Assembly (NCBI GenBank): GCA_951406725.2
Contig: OX597827.1
Coordinates: forward strand, 50,902,001-50,966,000
Reading direction: 5' to 3'
DNA length: 64,000 nt
From: Octopus vulgaris
Lineage: Eukaryota
The position numbers and the translations under genes were made by a program. The notes under the pieces were generated by a model that saw nothing but the letters and a program-made list of their open reading frames with translations, did no database searches and was not told where the DNA came from. Positions 27,677 through 42,099 of this stretch are shown in pieces (within the stretch, counting starts at the first letter, position 1; every line of letters begins with the position of its first letter).

Positions 27677-30600
27677 CTATTTCTCTCTCACGCGTGCGTT
27701 TTTTTTTTCTTTATTCTCTTCATTCTACTTTTCACTATTCTCCCATTGTGAATTTCCATAAATGAATAGTTTGCTCATGATTAATTACTGAGCCTCAATT
27801 AAATTCAAGAAACACATACATTGGAATACTGCTCTCACATCTATGGACTCTGCTATTGTTACAACATACATCTCCAAATGAATGTCATTCGACTAACTGA
27901 TAAACATTAAATCATTCAGCGTGCTTCACATACTAGCTCGTATATTTGCTGGGTTTTTTTCGTCTTTTGTCTATTTTATTACTACGACAATTACATGTAC
28001 TCTCGTGAATAACATTCTTCTGTCGATGTAAGCGATCAAGGCTGACCAGAAAACAAGTTTCTATATGATTTGACTCTACAGAACGAAGCCTAAGTTGTCG
28101 TTGAAGAGGGAAACAGGTTTAAGTTAATGAAAGGCATAATTGTTAACAACTATTCCGATTGCATTTGACATGTTGGGATTCAGAGCAATAGGTCAGCGAA
28201 TGACAGAATCAGGATACTGTTTTTATGAAGGACATAACATACTATGGCGTAATTCCAAAGATTGGGATAGTTACGTGTAGAGGAAAGGATATTATAGTAG
28301 GTTCTGAAAAACACTTCCATGTTGAAACCCGATACCTCGTTGGGCAGGAGCGATTGATAAAACCTGGCTTATACTGACATAAGTTCAACAAACTATTTCG
28401 TTCCGTCAAATTAAATTACTTGATTTGACTTAAGAAAAATAAGCTCTTAACAATTCGCCTAATCACTCAAAGAAAGTTATTCTCTATATAGACACATCAG
28501 GATTAATCTTGCAAATTAATGAAGTTCTGTTTTGGGGGTTTTGGGGGGTTTTTTTTCTTAAAGTATGAGCTATGTGTCATGTCAAATGAAGTCAATATTT
28601 ATGTTAAAAAAGTTTTCTCAACAAATTGACCAAATTACAAATTAAATGACCGTGGATAGAGGCACTTTCAAAAACTTTCAGAAAACAGTGAATAGAGGGC
28701 TAACGCTCTATTGGAGAGATTGGTTTTGAACTTAATATTAAAGAAAAGCGAGGATTCTGAATTTTGTGACGAGAGAAATCGAGGTAGAGTTTATTAAAAG
28801 CAAAAAAAGTTGTCCCTGAAACTTATCCTAGACAACCGACAGTCTGAAAGGGAATACGCATCAGATATTTCGGGCATATTACTTGCGATAGATTTCTGGT
28901 TATCAAAAGTTCCCTGTTGATTTCGACCAATAGCGTGTATGTATTTGTGTGTGTGCATTTGTATGTGTATCTGTTATTGTGTGTGTGTGAATGGATGTGC
29001 GCGCACGTGTTATTTTTCCTAGCGGAGGAAGATATCTTCTCAATAGTGCACACATTTTCCTAAAGAGTTTAATACGGAACAGAATGTAGCATAAAAACTA
29101 AAGATCAAATCATACCAGCATCGGGATCCAATAAACGGCAAGAGAGACCGAGACATTTAATGTACACTGGTCTGAGGTTCCCACATAATGTGGTACCTAC
29201 TGCTATTATCTAGGGTGACCTGAGTCAATCTGAATTAAAATGTTCTGTCCAGAGGCGCAATGGAACAGTTTCAAAACCATAACACAGCTGCTGCATATTG
29301 TGTGTAGATATATATGTATGTGTGCCCATATATGTGACTGCCTGCATGTTTGCAAGTGCCATGACAAGTGCCAATGATCAGTGATTACATCCGGAAGATC
29401 CGTGCCTACCACCAAAATCTATTTGTGAAGACGATTCTATAACACAATCTCGCTGCGTTTCGTCCAGCCCAGTTTTGTAAGTCCATTTCAGGAAATATAG
29501 TCATTTGGGAGGTGGTTATTAGAATTCTTTTGAAAGTATGCTTTATAGTAAATATTTTTTTGTGTGTGTGAAGATGGTGGTGTGTTAGTGATGTGGGTGA
29601 TCGAGGTGATGTTAGAGTAAGCTGTGATGGTGTTATAAACTTGTGTATGATTGATATTGACAAGGAACAGTAGTTGTAACCGTCACCGTTATGGAGATAC
29701 TGGTGAAAATGATTGTTTGATACTAATGAAATTTTATGATGATGATGATGATGATGATGATGATTAATTGCAGGTGTGCATTGGCAGTTGCGGTAGAAAT
29801 AGATATAAAATTATGAGGTGTTATCTTCCTCGTTGTACAGAAACTGTGTAATGTTGATGAAGTTGGTAAAAAGGAGGAAGAAGACGAAAGCGAATAGAGA
29901 AAACAAAAACATTGGTTATTTGAAAAAATTTAAAGAATATATTCCCAAATTGATGCAATGCGATAGAATAGTTTGCAAGAAGAAAACGTTTTCATCCTGT
30001 AACATGATGCTGTGGAATTAAAGCAACAACATCAAAAGATAAGCTAGATAGTATTGGTATTTTGAAGCTGCTGTTCTATATATATACATACGTGAACATA
30101 TCGCAATATCTGTATACTACGCTAAATATGTCATTTGTGTATTATTTTTCGGCTTTGTTGTAATACAACACAAACTAAGGAAAGAAAAATAACTTTTACG
30201 GAGATTAATTCTATTATTCAAAGGTACTCTGGTACAGCAGAAAAATAAAATTATATGAGTATACTTCTCAGAAAATGACGAAAATATTCTGTCACAGCTG
30301 CTCGTGTGATCTTTTCTGCATGTGTTTCGTTTTCTGCTGCATTGTATGTATTGCTGCTTTATTGTTGGGGGAGAGGGGCCAGTTGGTTTTGTATCGTATT
30401 TCTTTACAATTGTTTTCCTTATTTTAGTTTACCTGTCTATTTTTAAAAACCAACAGTTTCCTTTTAGTTGAATGCTTGTAAACTATTTGATAAATATATA
30501 TCACTCCAAAACATGTCGGAAGCCATCTACTTAAGTTAACAAACAGTGTTTAACGACTCGTTCAATGTGGTTTTATATCTGAATAAAGTGTATAGACCAC

Positions 30601-30987
30601 AATATCTAGAACTTCATGAAATATCTTGATTAGTTTCACTACTTATATTCTATTATTTATATAATAATAAACAAAAACGTTTTGGTAACTAAAATGTGTA
30701 CTGTGTTTATCAAAGTGGAAAGACAATTTGAGCTACAGTTACAATGCTTTTACCTACGCTTTTTAATCTTCACAGACATTATACTATAATTTCCTGATAT
30801 ATCACTTTGCTTTACTGTTAGACATTCCACTTAAACGCTTTGTCATAATTAGTTTTTACTCGTTTTTTTTTTCTTTTTTACATTTTAAGTCCAGCCTAAA
30901 CACGTTCAGTGTTGCGACATGTTTGTTTCTCAATTCCCCCACCTCTCTCTCTCTCTCTCTCTTCTCAATATGTATGTGTGAATGTGT

Positions 30988-31066
<79 letters not shown>

Positions 31067-32052
31067 TGGGGTGGGGTGGGGTGGATGTATGTGCGTGTGG
31101 CAAATATCCGTTTGACTGACCCACTTCTTAATTTTCATAACAAAATTTCTGGACTCCTCCTGAAGCTCGGATTCAGCTGGAACAAGGACTACTGAAATTG
31201 CACTTCGACATGTAACGAGATGGCATTGTGTCTTGAAGTATCACATTCATATTTCTCAGCTTCGAACTTTGGCAGCCATAAAAGACATCAAGTTCACGCG
31301 ATTGTGACGCAGCCAACCAGATACATTAGTGAGAGGAAATCCTCCTACCAAATGGTTTACAGAATATTCTGGAACTTTTTGTTGACGGTATATAAAAAGG
31401 CGGGTAAATCTAACTAAAAGGAGAGCTATCAGGTTCCACGGAATTTTATAGCACTTTCCTCAGTGTAATGCCTTCTCAGTTATTCTATCTTCACCACACA
31501 TAGTTACATTGGTTAATCTTACGAAAAGTTATTTACTTAGCTCAACCTGTCCTCATTAATGATAAATCGTTGTGATATTACTTATCAGCAAGTTGCAATA
31601 ACCAAACATTCTTTTATTTGTTAATTTTTAAATGCTGTTATTTATTCAACTGCAGTAAAAAATGTATATTATGTTCCCGGCTAAATAAACAGAATACAAA
31701 AAATTTATACTCAATTTGGTGAGATTTTGTGAATTAAACACCCAGCACACAGATGTTGTTTCTCATCGATTATTCTTTGACTATCACACTAGTCACACTA
31801 GTCTAGTTATATTTTGGTGGTGAAGTGGCTAACTCTCAGTTGATGTCATTCACTTTGTCTGCTATTTTCTTTCAATGGTTCGATCAAGTAAGTAACCAGC
31901 ATATACGAAGATTCAGTTCAATAAAAACAATTACACAACTTCTACAAATTTCGAGGACGATAAAATAGAGTATCAAACAATACTGGTGTTGATGGCATCG
32001 ACTTATCCATCTCCTTACAAAATTTGGCCGTATATGAGAAATAATCGTCGTT

Positions 32053-32187
32053 ATCACCACCACCACCACCACCACCACTATCATCATCATCATCATCATC
32101 ATCATCACCATCATCACCATCATCATCATTACCATCATCACCATCATCATCATCATTACCATCATCATCATTATCATCATCATCATC

Positions 32188-32219
<32 letters not shown>

Positions 32220-32224
32220 TATTA
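32053..32224. repeat. (CAC)n(CAT)n(TAT)n trinucleotide tract
   Basis: Directly visible; source of the poly-D/H/M ORFs. Confidence 0.95.
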
Positions 32225-32225
32225 A

Positions 32226-32440
32226 GGCGGCGAGCTGACGGAATCGTTAGCACGCCGGGCGAAATGCTTCGCAGCATTTTGTCTGTCATCACGGTCGGAG
32301 TTCAAATTCCGTCGAAGTCGACTTTGCCTTTCATCCTTGCGGAGTCGATAAATTAAGTACCAGTGAAATACTGGGATCGATCTAATCGACTAATTCCCTC
32401 CCCCAAATCTCAGGCATTGTACCTATTGTAAAAAAGGATT
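32226..32440 (+). mobile_element. SINE family B (third tail type, ends in (ATT)n)
   Basis: Head and core, followed by CCAAATCTCAGGCATTGTACCTATTGTAAAAAAGGATT. Confidence 0.85.
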
Positions 32441-32441
32441 A

Positions 32442-32481
<40 letters not shown>

Positions 32482-32504
32482 CATTATTATTATTATCATT
32501 ATTA

Positions 32505-32596
<92 letters not shown>

Positions 32597-32692
32597 GCCT
32601 TTGCACAGCTTCTAACGCTGGAGATGTACAACGGTGTCAGCTGTTCACTACCAGTGAACTAAGACAACGCCTCTTATTTTTCGAGCACCTTC
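32440..32692 (-). mobile_element. R4/Dong LINE extreme 3' end with (TAA)n tail/target
   Basis: Minus strand reads ..KVLEK*, ~75-nt UTR, then long (AAT)n. Dong elements are known to target TAA repeats. Confidence 0.55.
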
Positions 32693-32726
32693 CACGTTAC
32701 CCAAGAATTGACGTCAGATAATCTTT

Positions 32727-33069
32727 ATGATCATTGTAGCGTCAGACGTGTGGACTCCAAACTCATCAGATTTAAATCCCATGGACTACTACGCTTGGAG
32801 CGTTGTCGAAATGAAGATTAATCGACATCCTAATGATACCATAGCTTCACTGAAGATCTTCATTGTCCAGACGATGTCCAAAATGAATAAAGACCATTTA
32901 GTACATGTACGTCGACGATTGCGGCCCCGCATTAAAGCAGTCATCAAAGCTGAATCTCATATGAAAGGCTATTGAAAACATCAGCACAAATATTATTAAA
33001 ATGCATTTGGTTTTTGCTAAATCAGAGTTATTTTATTAAATTAACGAATATGTCCCTGAATACCCTGTA
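32727..33069 (+). mobile_element. Tc1/mariner (maT-like) transposase 3' fragment with right terminus
   Basis: WTPNSSDLNPMDYYAWSVVE...RLRPRIKAVIKAE; ends ...ACCCTG|TA. Confidence 0.85.
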
Positions 33070-33779
33070 TATCCAGCAGTAACTTATAATACCCTGATTC
33101 AAAAAATGGTTTTGTTTTTAGATTATTCAACAGAAAGTAGTAGAACTTGAATGGCAAACTTGTTCAATACATTAAATTCAATAACTTTTGGATTCTCTCT
33201 TACGCAATGAAGATCCAGTTTCACAAACACGCTATTCAGTATTGAAAGTGCAGTTGTGTTGTTTAGCATACTGAATAATTAATAAGAGAATATTTTCTAT
33301 AATGTATATTAGTAACACTAAATAGTTTTAATAGGCATAGTGTACAAAGTGTTATATGCATATTACTAGTGTGAATCAAGAAATAATGGTTCTGTCAGAA
33401 GATAAGCGAGGAAGTGACTCATATACATTAGAACGTAATTGAATTTCTCTCTTAGAGAAGAATAAAAATTATTTCATTATTACAAGTGGTCAAAAGATAC
33501 ATGGTGTCCGACTACAATAAGAGAGGTCCCCCAAGAGAGTTGAAATCCAAACAAAAAGGGAATGTTAAATTTTCGCACCTAAAGACCTTATAGAATATTC
33601 TAGAACGTCTTGGCAAGCCTGTAAAACTCTTGGATTACAACTCTCTTGTGAAGAACTCCCACTGGTGCATAATAATGCTATCACCAAATGACCTCTGAGA
33701 GTATTAGATGGATATAACAAAATATTGCATCATTATTCACCAGTGGCAATTATTTGAAGTCAATAGTATCAAATAGCAA

Positions 33780-33961
33780 GGCGGCGAGCTGGCAGAATCT
33801 TTAGCACGACTGGAAAAACCTGTAGTGTCATTTCATCCGTTTTTTATGTTCTGAGTTCAAATTTCGCTGAGGTCAACTTTGCCTTCCATCCTTTCGGGGT
33901 CGATAAAATAATCGACTTACCTCCGAAACTGCTGGCCTTGTGCCAAAACTTGAAACCAATA
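33780..33961 (+). mobile_element. SINE family B (alternative tail)
   Basis: Head, core and GCTGGCCTTGTGCCAAAACTTGAAACCAAT tail. Confidence 0.85.
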
Positions 33962-35695
33962 TTGCTACATAGCATCTTTTTCGGTCACTCTCCAACAGTC
34001 TGCGAGGCATTTAGTGCAACAATGACGAGGAACGGAAAACGTTTCAAGATGAATTCTTCGAGTCAATACCTGGTGATTTCTACTGAAGGAATAGACAAGT
34101 TAGTGGAACATTAGCAAGGAGTGAACAAGGAAGAGGAATATATTTTTGAATGATATGTTAAAATCGTTGACAAAAAGAAAATAAACGAACGAATCAATTT
34201 TACAATCCAATATTTTCACTTAATGCTTTCTTAACGAAAAATTAGGATATGATAATTCCATTTAACCATAGAATGGAGTTGTAAACTAATGATATAGTGT
34301 TTTTGTATTGTATTTTGTTGTTCACGGCTCGTAATATCAACAGCCAGGCCCTATAAATGCTTCCTCAAGCTTTATTTGGTTTCAAATTTGACTCACCGAA
34401 CTTGTTCACCACCCTCCTCTACCCTATCCATTTTTTGCCATTATTCACTTCTAATTACATTTTTCATACTTCTATTTCATACGAGAAATGTCTATAAATA
34501 TTCGGTTTCGCAGGAAATGCTCAGTAAATCAGCGAAATACATTTATATAAGGCATTCCTCAACAACAGAGTTTGTGATGGCAGATTTTTCGCTATTTGTG
34601 TTTGCTCGCAATTTTCTTTAATTTATCGCATAAATCTTTTCAATATAGTTCTTATCATTTCACCATGATCTTATCTTCGTTAAAGGAGAAGTGGTACCTT
34701 TTGCATTTATCGTTTTCGCCGAGCAATACAACCTAAGGCAAACAAGATATTAATCTGTAAACCCTAATGTTTGTCATTTTAGAGAACCAACGAAGCATTA
34801 CTTTATAAATAGTTTGTTTTCTAGCAATATTGAGAATAAATTGCAAATTTTCCACTCACTAGTTTATTAAAATCATGTTGCAGTGATTGTTTTATGTTAG
34901 GGTGACATGAGCAATTTATTTCAGTCTTTTAATATATTACATGCTTTGCTTCGAGAATAGAATTTGGTATTTCTGATGCAATCAACCTTATCAGCATTTT
35001 ATATATCCATTTGTTGTCGACTTATTTTTTAAGAGGGAGATTTTCAGTTTTATTCATTTGCTATTTTATGGATGAACATCCATAGTTTTGCTTTAGAATA
35101 GAATTCATTTTCAATAATGTTCATGTAGTGGAATTATGGTAACCATAAATCACGCTATAACGCATATTCAAATATTTTCCGGTCTCTTCAGTAGAGATCA
35201 GTTCAAGTTATTTTTAAATCTGTAATTTACATCACGTTAAATAAAATACTTGTACTACTAAAAATTGGTCAGTGTTCCGGCTAGTATTAACATCAGCAAT
35301 GTCCGCTAAGTTATTCAAAAGAATCGACAGAATTTTTCGCATTCGTTTGAAAGCGCAGTATCTGGTGCATATATTTTCTGTTGTAGCACATTTGATTATC
35401 AAGGGACATTAACTAATACACTTTTTTTATCTCCCATCTTTTTTCGCTACGAACTGTTGTACATCATTTTACTGTTTCCAGCGCTTAATCGAATTGACAT
35501 CATCAGTTTTGTATATATCCATAGTGTATTTAAAGTGTCCTTCATTTTATAAAGTGATAGGTCATAAATGGTGAAAGATTTCGCTCTGTTGCAAGAAAGT
35601 GGTGCGACCCAAACACATGACTTCAGTTTTTCAAATTAGAAAGTTGATATATCAGTTAACGTATTTACAGAATTTTTCATTTCTTCTTCAATTTC

Positions 35696-35745
<50 letters not shown>

Positions 35746-35906
35746 GGATGGATGGATGGATGGATGGATGGATGGATGGATGGATGGATGGATGGATGGA
35801 TGGATGGATGGATGGGTGGATGGGTGGATGGATGGATGGATGGATGGATGGACGGATGGACGGATGGACGGACGGACGGACGGATTCATTTGTTTTTCTT
35901 GACATA

Positions 35907-36300
35907 GGTGCAGGCGTGGTTGTGTGGTAAGAAGCTTACTTCCCAACCACATGGTTCTGGGTTCAGTCCCACTGCGTGGCACCTTGGACAAGTATTTTCT
36001 ACTATAGCCCCGGGCTGACCAAAGCCTCGTGAGTAAATTTGGTGGACGGAAACTGAAAGAAGCCCGTAGTATATATACATATATATGTTTGTGTGTCTGT
36101 GTTTGTCCACCTGTACCATTGCTTTACAACCGATGTTGGTGTGTTTACGTCTCTGTAACTTAACGGTTCGACAAAGGAACCCGACAGAATGTGTTCTAGG
36201 CTTACAAAGAATAAGTCCTGGGGTTGATTTGTTCGACTAAAGGCGGTACTCCAGCATGGCCGCAGTCAAATGACTGAAACAAGTAAAAGAATAAAAGAAT
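35907..36300 (+). mobile_element. SINE family A (full length)
   Basis: Head, core, internal microsatellite and AAAAGAATAAAAGAAT tail. Confidence 0.92.
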
Positions 36301-36834
36301 AGGCTTTGATGACTTACGAATTCAAATGTTTGCGGAAAAATTATGCGTGCAAACATTTTTCACTTGGTATGAGGTTACAGCTATAACACTGTGGGGTGGT
36401 GCGTGTGTGGGCGGGGTGTTATAACTTCCTTGCGTAGTATGTCGTGACTCACGCGTTCATGCTTAATATTCGATGCCGAGTATTTAATTTTATGTAACAA
36501 AAAGTAGGATAAAAAAAATCAGTAAACCTTGACGTAATTTTGCAATCGATGAAGTATCTGGAGGTTCCTCTTAGCATTTCAATAGTCATCCAACAGAAAA
36601 CAGCAACAGAAAACATTGCCAAAAGTACGGCAGAATTGCAGCAACGCTAGACAGTTTAAGAACATATCTGGGAAATTTAGTTATGCCCTTTACAGCTTAA
36701 ATTCAAATATTGCCGGACTCAACATTACCATTTATCTTCTGAGGGCGATAAAATAAGGTACTAGCCGAGTACTGGGATCACGTTAATATTTTTATGTGAC
36801 ATTCTTATTGTGAATGGAATTATAAATACATTTT

Positions 36835-37194
36835 TTATCCTTTATCTTTTACTTGTTTCAGCCATTAGACCGCGGCCATGCTGGGGCACCACCTTGAAAG
36901 ATTTTTAGTCGGACGAATCGACTCGAGTACTTTTTTAAACCTGGTACTTATTCTTACGGAAACGAAGCAAACCAACACCAAGTGTCAAGCGGTGGGTGGG
37001 GAATAAACACACAGACACACACACATACTAACACACACACACACACACACACACGCATACATATATACAATTATATATATATATATACGACGGGCTTCTT
37101 TTAGTTTCCATCTACCAAATCCTCTCACAAGGCTTGGTCCGAGGATATAGTGGGAGATACTTGTCCCATGTACCATGTAGTGGGACTGAACCAG
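36835..37194 (-). mobile_element. SINE family A, internally deleted and 5'-truncated
   Basis: Reverse-complement tail through to the B box. Confidence 0.85.
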
Positions 37195-38744
37195 GCTGAA
37201 AAAATTTTCCGAGTCGACATCAAAATTATTCCAGGTGGTTCGACACTTTACGAATTTAGTGGTATTACTATTTCCTTAATTCGAAGTCAAAAATGGTATT
37301 CGCATGAATTTTAGTTCACCATACAGATAAAGATTTATAATAGAAGTCTGTAGGTTGTGGTGTATGCATATTCATCAATATATTCTGCTTATTTTCCTGC
37401 ATATTTACCCCTTTATATATTTTTGCTCCGTTGTATATAGTTATAACCATCCATGTATTTATCATCTCTCAAAATCCAGAAAAATATTTTTTTTATTCTT
37501 ACCAACGATATTTCACAGCTACCGCGAACGGTGCTTAACCCATTTCAATTACTTATTCACTTTTACATGAAGCCCATTTAGTTAGCATCTCGGGATTGCA
37601 TGACTTTTCGGGAAATTTTGAGTCGTTCCCTAAGATAAACTCTATTGATTTTTTTTTATGCAGTTTTGCTAATATTTACACACACATCTAGAGAAGCAGT
37701 AAATACATCTGGTACTTCTAGTGTTAACATGTCACGGAAAAATGTACTTAACCCAATGGAACCAATAATACTCATATGTACGTGTGTATGTGCATGCGTG
37801 ATTGCGTAAATGCATTTGTATCTAGATATGTTTTATATGTGTTATATACATCCAAATGTAAAAATGTATCCGTAATTATCTGTTTATCACACTGACACCT
37901 TTACTGGTTGCAACTAACGAGATGCAAACATCTTGTTGACTATTTTTAGCGGGAATATAAATCGATAATTGTTTTGTTTCACTGTTCCGACTTTTTTTTT
38001 TTCTTTTCTTGTAGATTGCAACATCATCGCAATTGCAACAAATAATTCTGTTTTTGGCAGCTTGAGATGATTGTTTGATGATTAGCAACGTTAATCACAC
38101 TGACGGCGATTTTGAAAATACTTATACTTGTATGCGCTAAAATAAACATTTTTACTTTTATATATATATAGAGTACCAATTATGAATTATGATGGTATAC
38201 TTGCAGATGTAGGTATATTCTTGGCATCCGATACTTTTATAGTTGCAGATGGTTTAAGTTAGTAGCGCCAATATCTGGTTCGGACGCCGACTGAATATTG
38301 TATATCTTGTCTCTAATACTTTGCTGTGTCCACAGTCAGAGTAATTCGCTTAATACACCTGAATCGGTTTGATACGCTCTTCCCCTCCAGTTGTTTATTC
38401 ACCGGTCAATTCTAATTGAGAAGAAAGATTGTTAGAGAGAATCTAGAACTACATCATTCAATGTCGCGTTGCCGTATTAATGGATGAGTGACTTCTTATC
38501 ATATCGGAATTGTTTCTGTTCCGCACTGAATCATTTCTGGTGAGCCCTATTATTCAGTCTTTAAAAAATTATGTGGTAGTGTACATGTGTGTGTATTAAA
38601 TATTCCTCATATATATATACCACTGTGATGTATGTGTGTGTATATATATATATATATATAACTAATGTAGGATAAAAGTTTTTCGAAAAAAGTTTTATCA
38701 ATGGCCAGCATATCAAAAAATACCTTTAAAGGTTAAATTTATAA

Positions 38745-38885
38745 ATAACTTATAAAATAAGGGCAAAAGAAAAATTCTAATGCCAAATATGCCGAAAAAA
38801 AGACAAAATTGTCAATAACAATTTTGTCTTTTTTTCGGCATATTTGGCATTAGAATTTTTCTTTTGCCCTTATTTTATAAGTTAT
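38745..38885. repeat. Perfect 68-bp inverted repeat with 5-nt spacer
   Basis: Arms at 38745-38812 and 38818-38885. Confidence 0.95.
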
Positions 38886-38992
38886 ATATATATATATTGT
38901 TGTATTGAGAGATGGTCATGTTGCCAGTTTAGCCACTAACAACACACGCACTATATATTTGGTGTTAATTTGCTTCAGCTGTATTTTATTTT

Positions 38993-39040
38993 TCGGTCAG
39001 AGTTCTTTCGTCACACTTCTCTGACCTCATCAGTGGTCCT
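38993..39040 (-). ncRNA. Hammerhead motif (degenerate stem I)
   Basis: Minus strand: ggacca-CTGATGA-g-gtca gagaagtg tgac-GAAA-gaac-TC-tgacc. Confidence 0.5.
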
Positions 39041-39127
39041 TCGCTTTCTTCTTTTTGTTTCAACACACGATTTCACATCAAGAATCTTGCAAAACGAATA
39101 TATAAACGTGTATTTTTCCGATGGCCG

Positions 39128-39188
39128 GATAACTGAAGGGATGACGGTGTGGATTTCGACATCGGCATCCGAAACTCCGAGTTTTATC
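39128..39188 (+). ncRNA. Hammerhead motif (core lacks A9)
   Basis: gataa-CTGAAG-ggatgacggtgt..acatcggcatcc-GAAA-ctc c gag-TT-ttatc. Confidence 0.6.
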
Positions 39189-39223
39189 ATGGCTACCGAA
39201 TACTTGTCACATATTAAATTTAC

Positions 39224-39279
<56 letters not shown>

Positions 39280-39334
39280 CACTGCGATATATATATAATC
39301 ATATATATACCACAATAATATACACATACACACA

Positions 39335-40185
39335 CAGGGTGCGTATGATATTTGAGGACAGATTTATGTTCCTAAAAACACAGATATATAATAACAGATA
39401 AGAACTTTATCTATCAAAAATGCTATGAGGATAAAATAAACCTTCTTTTCTATAATGTTATTCAATAAAGCTACCTTTAGCTTCAACAACTACTTTTATA
39501 TAAGATCTAAATCATCGACATGCTCGAATCAAATGGTCCTGGTTAATTTTGAACATTACTCTAACTACGGCAGCTTTCGAAGAATCTTTGATGTTATGGG
39601 CGTGTTCATTGACCTCTCTCTCGACAACGCTGAACATGTAATAGTCCAATGGATTGAGATCTGGGGAATTAGGAGGCCAACTGTTACAGGTTATGTGATC
39701 ATGAAAATTTTCAGCCACCCATTACTGTGTTACTAGAGCCATGTGTGGTAATGCTGAGTCTTGTTGAGATACATATGGCCTTCCAGTGCATACACTTTCT
39801 ATCCAGGGCTTAACAATTATTTCCAGGACCTCAATGTAGGCAGCAGAGTTAAGTCTAAGGCCTTGTGGAAAGAAATAAGGAGGCATCACATATCCTTCAT
39901 TGCTGACAACTCCTAAAAGCATGACAGTTGCAGGGAATTTTGTATGCATAACGCTTGGGTTTGCACATGACCAGCTGTCATTTCTTCTGTCAACTTTTTG
40001 ATCTTGGTTGAAGTTTTCTCGATTGAGAAAAACCAAATCAAATCTTCTTCTGCTGGATTTTTCAGTTTGTTTAAGAGCCTTTTAGATCTTATGTAGTGAT
40101 TTTCTGTTGCTTTTTCTGACAAATTGATCTTTCCTCATCATATAAGACTTACATCTGATGTCTTCGTGGTCAACAGTTCTGATTC
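39335..40185 (-). mobile_element. DD37D (maT) Tc1/mariner transposase pseudogene with one terminus
   Basis: Frameshifted ORFs: KRLLNKLK..IWFFS.EK.F, QQDSALPH..., WPPNSPDLNPLDY. I count 37 codons between the second and third Asp. CAGGGTG terminus at 39335. Confidence 0.9.
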
Positions 40186-40475
40186 ATCCCATCACCAACC
40201 ACACCCTCTTAGTAAATATTCCCTATACCATGATGGTCCTATTTTACTCCTTTCCAATGGACGTAAGACCAATGAACTAAAAAAATATTTTTCTCTTCCT
40301 TCGTACCAACCCAAACAATTTCGTTCCGACTTTTTACAACGACTGTAAAACATGTAAACTGAATGTGACACACCATACCATTCCTTTCAGCCTTCACTGA
40401 TGATAGCTGGGATTTTTCTCAACTCCTAGCACGTTATGAAAATATAATATAATATAATATAATATAATATAATAT

Positions 40476-40688
40476 TGGTTTCAGTTTTTCGGCACAAGGC
40501 CAGCAATTTCCGGTGGTAGGGGTTAAGTCGATTATATCTCAGTGCTCAACTGGTACTTATTTTATCAATCCTGAAAGGATGAAAGGCGAAATCGACCTTG
40601 GCAGAATTTGGCCTCAAAACATAAAGCCGTAAGAAATGCCGCTAAGCATTTTATCCGGCGAGCTAATGACTCTGCCAACTTGCTGCCT
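40476..40688 (-). mobile_element. SINE family B (alternative tail)
   Basis: Reverse complement of head, core and tail; abuts (AATAT)n. Confidence 0.85.
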
Positions 40689-40802
40689 TAATATTATATT
40701 AATAATACTATACGCATATTTACACACTCGTACACACATACAAACACACACATACACATACATACATATATACATATGTGCATATATATATAATGATATG
40801 TA

Positions 40803-41313
40803 ATTTTAAGACTCAAGGATCAAAGTGTAGGAAGTCAGTAAGCTTCGAGCAGTCCGTAGTAAGTATAAAAAACAACTTTGAAGAACAATAATAGTTTATT
40901 GGTGCAGAAGGCTGTAGGTTTTTCCCCATATCGGAGTTCGATAAGCTGAAAAATGTTATTCTATAGTTCACGATTAGCATCTAGGGTTGCTATGAATGCG
41001 AATAAAAATCCAAATTGAAGGAATGGAACAGGTAAAATCCAGGCTACATATGTTTCCTAGCTAGCAGAACCTCGGAAGTAACAATTACTGAACGAGGGTT
41101 ACTCCACTAGAAACCCGATGGGCCGAAGATAACTTAATTAAATGAAGGTTACTTTGTCGTTAAGGAATCCCAAGTTAACTCACCGGAGATAGATAGTAGG
41201 GTACCTCTCGTTGAGTAATTGTTACTTCCGATGTTCTGGTAGCTAGAAAAAAACATATGTAGCATGAATTTTACCTGCTCCATTCCATCAATTTAGATTA
41301 TTATTCGCATTCT
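40803..41313 (-). mobile_element. Probable Penelope-like terminal remnant with internal inversion
   Basis: Start (AAGACTCAAGGATCAAAGTGTAGGAAGT..GCAGTCCGTA) resembles 57457-57500. Imperfect ~85-bp inverted repeat at 41020-41104/41202-41287. (TA)n flanks. Confidence 0.5.
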
Positions 41314-41393
<80 letters not shown>

Positions 41394-41958
41394 CAGACAC
41401 AGATAGTGTGTCGTTAGCCAGCTGGATAAAAACAACAGTAGCATCGTCCCCTATAGGACCGCCACATCTAGTTGGCAATTATATTTTACGATTCCGTACT
41501 GCAACTGTTTACTACTCGCTCAAAGATTTAATATTGCGCGCGCGCGCATGTGTGTGTGTGTGTGTGTGTGTAATAGGAATAAATACTTCGTAAATATCAC
41601 GATATTTCTTAGCCAAGGGCTTAATGAACAAAAAAAATTCAACTGCAAAGAGATAACATATATTGAAAAAATTACTTTAAAGAACTGAGACGTGAAAAAA
41701 ATAAAATACGGTATATTTATGAGCTAAATACACTCGTATACTTTATGAATTTTTATGGATATGCATCTATGTTTCTGACATCAATGAGTTGATAAATTAT
41801 CTATACACAATAGGTGGTTATCAGTAGACAAAATGAAAGCTATAAAAGAGGTTTATCGTTTTTGTCCACGCTGGTTTGGCCACAAATGTGAGGCCAATAT
41901 TTAATGTTAAATTTTGAGTGTTGGGCACTTCTATTACAAAGATTTAAACATGGAAAGT

Positions 41959-42059
<101 letters not shown>

Positions 42060-42099
42060 ATGTGTGTAGATATATCAGTTTCATACTTACATGTACACA

